In this document: one piece after another, positions 16,580 through 25,200 of the stretch
Layout: every line of letters starts with the position of its first letter
Position numbering within the stretch: the first letter of the stretch is position 1
From: Terriglobales bacterium
GTDB lineage: Bacteria; Acidobacteriota; Terriglobia; Terriglobales; Acidobacteriaceae
NCBI GenBank assembly: GCA_035718705.1
Contig: DASTGW010000480.1
Location: forward strand, 1 to 25,404
Reading direction: 5' to 3'
Length of the DNA stretch: 25,404 bases
Program-made: the position numbers and the translations under genes
Notes under the pieces: model-generated
Database searches by the model: none
Told to the model about the DNA's origin: nothing
Seen by the model: only the letters and a program-made list of their open reading frames with translations

Positions 16580-18208
16580 TTAAGCGGAGTTGCTGAGCGC
16601 GGTGTTAGCCTGTTTGACCGGCAGGAAGATGGAAAACACCGTACCGCTGTGACGACTGCTGGTGCTGCTGCGCATACGGATAAAGCCGCCGTGCTTCTGG
16701 ATGATGCCCTGGCACACCCAAAGTCCGAGCCCAGTTCCCTTCTCTCCCTTGGTGGTAAAAAACGGTTCGAAGATGCGCTGCGCATTGTCATGACGGATTC
16801 CGGGCCCGTCGTCGGCAATGATGATCCGCACGCCCGGTTTATGCGAGTTCATGTACTCATGGCTCGCATATACGCGAAGGCGAACTTGGCCTGATTCCGG
16901 TGAAGCTTCAATAGCATTTTCGAAAATATTGGAAATTACCTGGCGAAGTTCGTTTGGGAACCCGACTACATCGCCATTGAAATCGATTTCTTTATGAATG
17001 CGCAAGCTCTTGGCGCGCAATTGCTGACCATAAAGGTAGAGCACAGACTCCGCGAGATCGTTCAAGTTCACTCGCACAGGCAAGGTTGCGTCGCGATGGA
17101 AAGCGAGCGTCTGCTTCGTGATGTGAGCGACACGAGAGATCTCAGTCTGTGCAAGCTGGGCGTATTCCTTCAAGCTGGCGTCCAACCGGGGATCGGTCGC
17201 AAGCAGGTACAGAACGTTGGTGACGGCCGCGAGCGGATTATTGATCTCGTGCGCAATCGTCGCTGCCAGACGCCCAGTTGCAGCCAGGCGCTCGGAGCGG
17301 CGAAGATACTCTTCCGTGCGCTTTCGCTCTTCGATATCGAATAACGTAATTACCGCCCCCGATGCCGAATCCGCAGGAAGACGCAAAGGAGCAGCGCTGA
17401 GAAGAAGGTGGGTAAGCTCCCCTCCATTGTCAAAAACCACTTCAGCGCCGCGATAATTGGCACCCTGTAAAACCGACTTTACGTTGAACAATGTTGGCGG
17501 CTGGTCCTCCACGTGATCAGAGAAAGTCAACGGCAACACGCTTTCGAACGGAAGCATGAGCGTGTTCTTGCCACAAAGATTGTGGAATGCCTGGCTGGCA
17601 AGCACTACCTTTCCCGTTCCGTCGCAAACGGCGATAGCTTCCGCGGCCTGCTGAAGAATCAAGTGCGCTAATCTTCCCGCAGAAGCCACTTCTTCCTGCC
17701 GCTTCTGCTCGGTGAGATCGGTGAAGACCATGCAGACCGTGGTGGAAGCTTCCTGGAAAATATTGGCAGAGGCGAATACAGGGACTAGCAGTCCCAGGGC
17801 GTTCTTGAGACGAAGCTCGATCTTAGCGGGACCATCGAGCGGATGCTTATAAACCGAGTCGAAACGGTCCCGTTCGGTCTTCGGAACAAACTCATAAACG
17901 GAACGTCCAATGACATGATCGAGCGAGCAGGCAACAATCTCAGAGAAGGAATGATTGCAATAAAGGATAGTGCCATCGGCGCTGACCGTAACAGCGCCTT
18001 CCTTCATTCGTTCGACAAAGACGCGGTACGCCGCATCGGACCCAGCGAGGGTGAACACTTGGTTCCCGTTCGGTCCGGGAACTACGATGGCATCCACGTG
18101 ACCGTCGCGAATCGCGCCCAGAGTTTCTTCTGCCGCCGAAAGACGCGATTTTAGTTGTTCAATTTCCTCTAGGACCCGCTTATTGGCCCGCTGATTCGGT
18201 TCTGGCAT
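16580..18208 (-). CDS. Cytoplasmic PAS-PAS sensor histidine kinase
   Basis: N-terminal coiled coil plus two PAS-like domains. H-box IAHEINNPL, N-box QVISNIFENAIEA, G1 IADDGPGI, F-box IFEPFFTTK and G2 GTGLGL. No TM segments and no receiver. Confidence 0.93.
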   Translation of the reverse strand: MPEPNQRANKRVLEEIEQLKSRLSAAEETLGAIRDGHVDAIVVPGPNGNQVFTLAGSDAAYRVFVERMKEGAVTVSADGTILYCNHSFSEIVACSLDHVIGRSVYEFVPKTERDRFDSVYKHPLDGPAKIELRLKNALGLLVPVFASANIFQEASTTVCMVFTDLTEQKRQEEVASAGRLAHLILQQAAEAIAVCDGTGKVVLASQAFHNLCGKNTLMLPFESVLPLTFSDHVEDQPPTLFNVKSVLQGANYRGAEVVFDNGGELTHLLLSAAPLRLPADSASGAVITLFDIEERKRTEEYLRRSERLAATGRLAATIAHEINNPLAAVTNVLYLLATDPRLDASLKEYAQLAQTEISRVAHITKQTLAFHRDATLPVRVNLNDLAESVLYLYGQQLRAKSLRIHKEIDFNGDVVGFPNELRQVISNIFENAIEASPESGQVRLRVYASHEYMNSHKPGVRIIIADDGPGIRHDNAQRIFEPFFTTKGEKGTGLGLWVCQGIIQKHGGFIRMRSSTSSRHSGTVFSIFLPVKQANTALSNSA

Positions 18209-18572
18209 CCTTGTTCTTCGTCACGATGCCCAAGCCAGTCAGTACTTTCCCGATGTCGGACAGGTCACCGATGAAAGTTCTGCGAGGCGAGGGAGATAAT
18301 TTGATTAACGCAGGTGCGGCCAAAATGTCATCTTGCTTGGCCAGCGCCGGTTGTTGGTAGAGGTCGACGATCTCCAAGTCGCACTTGGAAGGATGCATCA
18401 GCCTACACAACTCCCGAACTTGTTGGATGGCGCGACTTGAATTTAGGTTTGTTCCGGCAATATACAATCTCAAGCCATATCTGGAAGAAGGCAATCCGCG
18501 CAGGATTTCCAGGATATCGTTGGCGTTAGAACCCAAGGCGACGATGTTCTTCTCATGTTTTCCTCTCGCCAT
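18180..18572 (-). CDS. kaiB: KaiB-family protein (second, divergent copy)
   Basis: YGLRLYIAG...SSRAI...EIVDLYQQPALAKQDDILAAPALIK...FIGDLSD. GAGGA RBS before ATG 18572 (the ORF track uses GTG 18593). Overlaps the kinase gene by 29 nt. Confidence 0.88.
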   Translation of the reverse strand: MARGKHEKNIVALGSNANDILEILRGLPSSRYGLRLYIAGTNLNSSRAIQQVRELCRLMHPSKCDLEIVDLYQQPALAKQDDILAAPALIKLSPSPRRTFIGDLSDIGKVLTGLGIVTKNKDARTESAGQ

Positions 18573-18603
18573 GAGTCTAAATTCCTCTGTCACAACGGCT
18601 TAG

Positions 18604-18954
18604 CTATCGAGCGGATCCGGCAGGCTTCAGGTCGAGCCCAACAAGCACTCGGTCGCGATTGGAAAGGTCGCCAATGATTTTCTTTACAGGAAAAGGCAAG
18701 CGGCGAACCAAGGTCGGGATGGCAACAATCTGGTCGCCCTTGGCGAGCGTCGGATTCTCGAGAAGATCAACAACCTCAATTTGGTATTGACCGCCCAAGT
18801 GGACTTCGCAGATTTCCTTCAGGTTGGCAAAAGCGGCGATGGAGTTTGGCGTATTGCCGGCAACATAGAGCCGCAGTAGCCACTTGGCAGATCTTGAACT
18901 GCTTAGTCGTGGAGTTTTTCTAGCCGTCTTCTTGGCACTTTTCTTTGCTGGCAT
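18604..18954 (-). CDS. kaiB: KaiB-family protein (canonical copy)
   Basis: [12 protein letters not shown]...[50 protein letters not shown], with a Lys-rich N-terminal extension. Confidence 0.93.
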   Translation of the reverse strand: MPAKKSAKKTARKTPRLSSSRSAKWLLRLYVAGNTPNSIAAFANLKEICEVHLGGQYQIEVVDLLENPTLAKGDQIVAIPTLVRRLPFPVKKIIGDLSNRDRVLVGLDLKPAGSAR

Positions 18955-18958
18955 CCAG

Positions 18959-20416
18959 TTAGCCTTTTCTGTTGCTTTCGACGGTCCTCGTATCTACCGG
19001 CGTCACCCGCACACCACGGCTGCTGATGGTGAATTCTCGCACATCGGCCGAATGTTCCATTCCGCGAGACTTCAAGACATAGATAAGTCTCCTGCGCGAG
19101 CCCTCTATTTCAAAGTCACGGACCATGATCCAAGTGTCCATCAACGAGGATATTTCCGTATTTGTTTCGGCTCTATCTCCAACCATAAGGTTGGTAAATA
19201 GTGCCGTGATTTGACGGCCCTTCAGGATGTCAACCAACCGAGTGAGCATCGCTTTCACCGACGTTGGCGTCCCGATGGAGATCAGGTTCGTGATGGGATC
19301 CACGGCAGCCACCTTCGGACGGAACTCGTCGAGGTCCTTGCAAATCGACGCAAGGTGGTTCTCGAGTCCGCGAGTGGTCGGACGTACCGCAATGATCTTT
19401 AACAGGCCCTGCTTGATCCATTTATCCAGACGAATGCCGAGCGAACGCATGTTGCGGAGAATCTGATCGGGTGACTCCTCGAAAGCAAAGTACAGAGCGC
19501 GCTCGCCGCGAGCGCACGCGGCATCGACGAAACTCGACGCGATGCTGGACTTGCCCGTACCCGCCGTTCCTGTAACCAAAACGCTGCTGCCTCGGAAGAA
19601 ACCAAGCCCGCCCATCATGTCGTCAAGCCCGGGCACACCGGTAAACACGCGTTCCGAAGAGGCTTTGTAATTGAGCCCAAGCGCGGTGATGGGGAGCACT
19701 GCGAGACCGTTGTGATCAAGCAGGAACGGATACTCGTTCGTGCCGTGTGTGGACCCACGGTACTTCACGACGCGAATGCGGCGAGTGGAGATCTGCTCAT
19801 TCACGCGATGATCGAGAAAGATCACGCAATCCGCGACGTACTCTTCGAGTCCGTGGCGAGTCAGCGTGGACCCGTCCCCTGCCTCCGCCGTGATGATTGA
19901 GGTTACGCCCCGATCCTTCAACCAACGGAACAGGCGACGCAATTCAGAGCGGACGATCGCTTCATTCCGAAGACCGGCGAAGAGAACTTCGATGGTATCG
20001 AGCAGCACCCGTTTGGCGTTAATCGATTTGATGGCGTGGTCGAGGCGAATAAAAAGACCTTCAAGATCGTATTCACCTGTTTCTTCGATCTGGCGGCGCT
20101 CGACGTGAACATAGTCGATGGCGATTTTCTTGCGCCTTATGAGCGCATTGAGGTCATGCCCAAGCGATGCCATGTTCGAAGTAATTTCTTCTGGAGTTTC
20201 TTCGAAGGTCATCGCCACGCCCGGTTCGCCATACTGCATGGCGCCCTGCACAAGGAACTCCATCCCAAGGAGCGTTTTGCCGGATCCGGCGCCTCCAGCA
20301 ACTAGAGTGGTACGGCCCCTGGGCAAACCACCATTGGTAATGTTGTCCAGCCCGGAAATGCCCGTTGGAGTTTTTTCAATCGTAGATGGAATCTTGCTCT
20401 TAGTCGCAGGTGACAT
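18959..20416 (-). CDS. kaiC: Double-domain KaiC-family ATPase/autokinase
   Basis: CI has [12 protein letters not shown] and KYRG. CII has [12 protein letters not shown] and KSRG. The phosphosite region reads EISSLMDTW. Directly followed by two kaiB genes. Confidence 0.95.
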   Translation of the reverse strand: MSPATKSKIPSTIEKTPTGISGLDNITNGGLPRGRTTLVAGGAGSGKTLLGMEFLVQGAMQYGEPGVAMTFEETPEEITSNMASLGHDLNALIRRKKIAIDYVHVERRQIEETGEYDLEGLFIRLDHAIKSINAKRVLLDTIEVLFAGLRNEAIVRSELRRLFRWLKDRGVTSIITAEAGDGSTLTRHGLEEYVADCVIFLDHRVNEQISTRRIRVVKYRGSTHGTNEYPFLLDHNGLAVLPITALGLNYKASSERVFTGVPGLDDMMGGLGFFRGSSVLVTGTAGTGKSSIASSFVDAACARGERALYFAFEESPDQILRNMRSLGIRLDKWIKQGLLKIIAVRPTTRGLENHLASICKDLDEFRPKVAAVDPITNLISIGTPTSVKAMLTRLVDILKGRQITALFTNLMVGDRAETNTEISSLMDTWIMVRDFEIEGSRRRLIYVLKSRGMEHSADVREFTISSRGVRVTPVDTRTVESNRKG

Positions 20417-20470
20417 GCATGTTACCGGAACGATGGATATTAAATGATATTTACAGTTTTGTGCGCGCCT

Positions 20471-21331
20471 TCATCGAGATTTTGAGAGCTGCTGTTTCAA
20501 TTGCTCTTCAAACGCCTCGCGGGAATGATCCAGATAGGCCTGGTATTCCGAAGGATTGACGAACGGGTTCCTATCCTCATGCGCGGCCAACCGCGCTCGC
20601 TTTTTGTTTAGATCAAAGAAGGAACCGTGAGAGCCCAGCAGGATGTCGCAAGGAAGCGTTCTGAGTTTGCTGAAGGTGTTTCGAAAGTCCTCAACAATAC
20701 CAGGGTAGCTGGAATTTCTTACCAGCTGATAACCCGGCGCGCTGGTGCTGCAGACGAAAACTACGTTCAAAGACTTCCCGTTCTCTTTTGTTTGCGTCGT
20801 CCAGGTGGTGCATCCCTTGGTGTGTCCGGGTGTGAGATGCGCCGTCATCACGGCATCACCGACCTGCACAGTCTGGCCGTCTGTGATAATGCGGTCAGCC
20901 TTCACAGGCGTGTACTGATACTTATCTCCCCAAGCAAAGTCGCCTTTGCCGCCGGCTGCTATCTGCGCAGAATCACCTTGGCTGACCACGAACTTCGCTC
21001 CAGTCCATTGCTTGAGCAGCGCCAGGCCGGCTGCGTGATCGAAGTGCGCTTGACTGTTGAGCAGATACTTCACATCGCTCAGCTTGAAGCCGAGCTTCTG
21101 GATGTTGTCGCGAATTTGCGGCGCGGTTTCCGCGAAACCACCGTCGAGCAGGATGTGCCCTTTCGGGCTGGTGATCAGAAACGAAGTGATTTCATTTGCC
21201 CCAACGTAATAGACGTTTCCTGCAATGCGAAAAGGTTCAACGGGCTGGTTCCAGGAGCGCCATTCGGGATTTGTCTGTGCGAGCCCGAAAGTGCAGAAGA
21301 ACAATAGCAGTGTCGTACTGAGAAGTTTCAT
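20471..21331 (-). CDS. Subclass B3 metallo-beta-lactamase-fold protein (Gln116 variant)
   Basis: Signal peptide from ATG 21331. PFRIAGNVYYVG, ILLDGG, SQAHFDH (normally HxHxDH), TPGHTKGC (His196) and LLGSHG (His263). Confidence 0.85.
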   Translation of the reverse strand: MKLLSTTLLLFFCTFGLAQTNPEWRSWNQPVEPFRIAGNVYYVGANEITSFLITSPKGHILLDGGFAETAPQIRDNIQKLGFKLSDVKYLLNSQAHFDHAAGLALLKQWTGAKFVVSQGDSAQIAAGGKGDFAWGDKYQYTPVKADRIITDGQTVQVGDAVMTAHLTPGHTKGCTTWTTQTKENGKSLNVVFVCSTSAPGYQLVRNSSYPGIVEDFRNTFSKLRTLPCDILLGSHGSFFDLNKKRARLAAHEDRNPFVNPSEYQAYLDHSREAFEEQLKQQLSKSR

Positions 21332-21422
21332 TGCAGGTTGGGAGATCGCCGCGCGAGCCACGGAACTATACGGTAGCTTTTGAAAAAAACAAAGCTATTT
21401 GGACGTCAGCAGGGACGAATGC

Positions 21423-21818
21423 TTATTTCGCCTTCGGCAGCGAAGTACGCACCAGACGAATGAGCTCGGGAGGTGGACAGGGTTTCATGCGGAAGAAGAC
21501 ATTGAGGCCTTCGTATTCCTCTTCCGCATCTGCCATTCCGCTAATAACGATGACAGGCACCTTGGGCTTGAGCTCCCGCAATGCGCGAACAAATACGGCG
21601 CCGCTGGCGCCCGGCATCACGTGATCGGTAACGATGGCGCCAATACGATCGCCAGCTTCGGTGCGCAGAAATCCGAGGGCGGTTTCAGCCGTGGTAGCGA
21701 CATCGACCTCAAGCCCGGCATCGCGCAACACGGCCTCACGCACCCGCAGTTGTAGCGGGTCGTCGTCAATCAGTAGAACGCGATTTGCCGGCGAAGATGG
21801 TACGACTTGATTATCCAA
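21423..21818 (-). CDS. Single-domain response regulator (CheY-like receiver)
   Basis: VLLIDDD acidic pocket, phosphoacceptor VTDHVMPG, VISG and the conserved KP. No output domain. TTG start, position uncertain. Confidence 0.88.
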   Translation of the reverse strand: MDNQVVPSSPANRVLLIDDDPLQLRVREAVLRDAGLEVDVATTAETALGFLRTEAGDRIGAIVTDHVMPGASGAVFVRALRELKPKVPVIVISGMADAEEEYEGLNVFFRMKPCPPPELIRLVRTSLPKAK

Positions 21819-21849
21819 AGGAGCTTGTAATTACTCCGTCGCAGTTGAA

Positions 21850-22095
21850 TTAAACTGCAGAGCCCTGGCGAATTTCACTCTCCGCGCGAAGCCAATCTTC
21901 CAAATCTGCCCCGTGCGTTCCCCCGCGCTGGACATAAAGCTGATAGGCGCGGAAACGGATAGCAGTTTCAACATTACCATTGGTTTGCGACGGAGAAAGC
22001 GCCGTGGTTTCCTGAGCCTGAGGAAGCGTCGTCGCTTTCTTGGTACGAGAAGTCGAGGTCGAGGAAGTTGCACGTGCACGCTTGGGTGTAGCCAT
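21850..22095 (-). CDS. DUF2934 domain small protein
   Basis: AIRFRAYQLYVQRGGTHGADLEDWLRAESEI matches the DUF2934 pattern. AGGAG RBS. Basic/Thr-rich N-terminus. Confidence 0.85.
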   Translation of the reverse strand: MATPKRARATSSTSTSRTKKATTLPQAQETTALSPSQTNGNVETAIRFRAYQLYVQRGGTHGADLEDWLRAESEIRQGSAV

Positions 22096-22275
22096 TACTT
22101 GTTGCTCCTACAAAGTTAGAAAATTGCAGAGGACATCCAGCTGAACTTGGGCTGTTTTGCTCTCCTTCCAATATACCTTGATTACCTATGACATTGTTGG
22201 TGCAAGTGACAAAAAAATAACTATGTGGCGAAGAAGAATTCGTTATCACGGGATTAAGAAGTTCGCCTGACACTC

Positions 22276-25200
22276 TCAATGGAAATCGTGTGAATTTGTT
22301 TGCGCATCAGTGACGACTAATGGCAGAACGCGATCGGCCTTCACCGAAACAACATTGTCGACGTTCTGCAGGATGCCTTCCACCAGCAGGAAGCGCTCGC
22401 TAACCAGCAACAACCGGTTTTTTTCGAATAGATCAGGGGTAACGATCGCGTTAGCAATGCCGGTTTCATCTTCAAGGCTGAGGAACACGAACCCATGCGC
22501 GGTTCCGGGTCGTTGGCGCGCAATCACGCAACCTGCGGTTTTAACTCGGACGCCATTTCGCATTTTGGGAAGTACCATTGCGGGACGCACGCCACGACGA
22601 TTCAGATCGGCGCGGTGGTACGTCATCGGATGCGGTCCAACGGTAAGTCCGGTACCGCGAAAGTCAGCGACCAGGCGTTCCTCGTTCGACATCATGGCGA
22701 GTGGAGAATTCTGGTCGAGTTCCTGTATGCCTTCGAGCAATGGCCCAGCCTCGCGTGCTGCTCGTTCCACTTGCCAGAGTGCGTCCCGACGATGAAGCTT
22801 CAGACCGTTGGCACCAGTGCTGCCAATATTGTTCAACGCACCGATGTCAGCCAGAATAACAAGCTCATTCTTTCGAAGCCCGGGCACACGACGAACCAGA
22901 TCGGCGATGGAATGAAATGGTGCTTTGTCCCGCTCCGCGACGATCGCTCTCGCAACTTCTGCACGCATCCCGCGGACGTAATTCAAGCCGAGACGGACCA
23001 CAAACGGATCGTGGCTCGTGGTTCTTGACTCGTGCTTCAAATCCGGCTCCAACGTGCATTCGTAATCGGACTTCACAATATCGATAGGGCGCATCTTCAG
23101 GCCATGACGCTGCGCGTCTTTCACCAGCGTCGACGGATGATAGAAGCCCATCGGCTGATTGTTCAACATGGCAGCGGTAAAGGCCGCGAGGTAATGACAC
23201 TTCAGAAAGGCACTGGCATAAGCGAGCAGCGCGAAGCTTGCGGCATGTGATTCGGGGAAGCCGTAAAGCGCGAAGGAAGTAATGGAATGAATGATCTGGT
23301 CCTGCGTTTCGCCCAGGATGCCGTTCGCGGCCATCCCCTCACGCAGTTTTACTTCGATATCCCGCATACGCGCTTCAGACCGCTTAAATCCAAACGCACG
23401 ACGCAGTTCTTCGGCTTGTCCGCCGGTGAAGTTCGCCGCGACCATGGCGATGCGAATCAGTTGCTCCTGGAAGAGCGGAACGCCAAGCGTGCGCTTGAGG
23501 ATCGGCTCAAGCGAAGGATGCGCGTACGAAACCTCCTCCTTGTTCTGACGTCGCCGGATATACGGGTTCACCATTTCGCCAACGATCGGTCCCGGGCGAA
23601 TCAACGCCACCTGCACCACGATGTCATAGAACTTTACCGGGCGTAGTCGCGGCAAACATGACATCTGCGCGCGACTTTCCACCTGGAACATGCCGACCGT
23701 ATCGGCTTTCCGCAGAGTGCTGAACACTTCTTCGTCATCGGCGGGAAGAAGCGCCAAATCGACCACTTCCCCATAGTGCGGTGGAATGAGATCGAGGCAA
23801 TCCTCCAGAACGGCCATCATGCCGAGCCCGAGCAGATCGACTTTGATGATGCCCATGTCGGCGCAATCTTCTTTGTCCCACTGCACCACCACACGGTCCG
23901 GCATGCTGGCGGGTTCAAGAGGGACAACGGAATCAAGTTGTCCCTGGCAAATGACCATCCCGCCGGAATGTTGGCCGAGATGCCGCGGCAAATCCTGCAC
24001 GGCGACAGCGAGCTCCACGAATTTGCGCATGCGCGGATGGCGCAGGTCGAAACCGGCGTCACGGAACTGGCGCTCCAGCGTATCCTGCGGACCTTTGTAT
24101 TCCCACGAACCGACAACGGAAGCCAGCCGTCCGAGCGTTTCATTGTCGAAGCCCATGGCTTTGCCGATTTCGCGTGCGGCCAGGCGCCCGCGATACGTAA
24201 TGACGTTCGCCGTCATGGCAGCGCCCAGCCTGCCGTAGCGTTGATATACGTACTGAATCACGCGCTCGCGCTGATCTCCACTGGGCAGGTCAAGATCGAT
24301 ATCGGGCCACTCGCCACGTTCTTCGGAAAGAAAACGTTCGAAGAGCAGTTCCATCTTCACCGGATCGACCGCAGTAATGCCCAGTGCGTAACAGACAGCG
24401 CTGTTGGCAGCCGAACCTCGACCTTGTACAAGGATGTCTTCCTTCCGGCAGAAGCGAATGATGTCCCAGACAATGATGAAATAGCCCGCCAGGTCGAGTT
24501 TCTCAATCAACGCCAGTTCGCGCTCAATCTGCTGATGCGCACGCTCGCGAAGTTCATCTGTCGCTTTTAAATACCTCTCATCTTCGCCTTCTCGACAAAG
24601 TTTGCGCAGATAAGAATTAATAGTGTGGCCTGCAGGAACGGGATACTTCGGAAACTCATAGCCGAGATCGCTCAGTTTGAACTCAATTCGAGAAGACAAC
24701 ACTTCGGTATTCGCGATGGCTTCCGGCAAGTCGGCGAACATGCGTTCCATCTCTTGTGGCGACTTGATGTGGCGCTCGGAATTTTGTGCGAGCAGGCGTC
24801 CAGCAGCATCAAGCGTGACATGGTTGCGAATGCAGCTAAGGACATCGAGAATCTGCCGACGCTCAGGCACGGCATAGCTCACACCGTTGGTTGCAATCAG
24901 GGGTAAATCGAGTTCACGGGCGATGGCGATCGCAGCCTGATTGCGCGACTCTTCTTCGCGATCGAAGTGCCGCTGCAGCTCGACGTAAACATTCTCACGT
25001 CCATAAATTTCAGTCAGCGTGAATACAGCACCTCGAGCGGCCTGATATCCGCCGTCACGCAAAGCCGCTGCGATTGGACCGCGCTCATCTCCGGTGAGAC
25101 AAATGAACCCTTCGCTATACTCACGAAGATCATCAAGCGTTGCGGCCGTAACCACAGGATCGCAGTTCTTCGGCCCCCGTGCCTTCATGCGCGTGACGAG

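Noticed and set aside
17340-17680. Second PAS domain as a LOV light sensor for the Kai system
   Set aside because: There is no GxNCRFLQ motif (it reads CGKNTLML), so direct flavin photoreception is unsupported.
18180-18208. Programmed frameshift fusing KaiB to the kinase (SasA-like fusion)
   Set aside because: No slippery sequence is visible, and the kinase has its own AAGG RBS and ATG.
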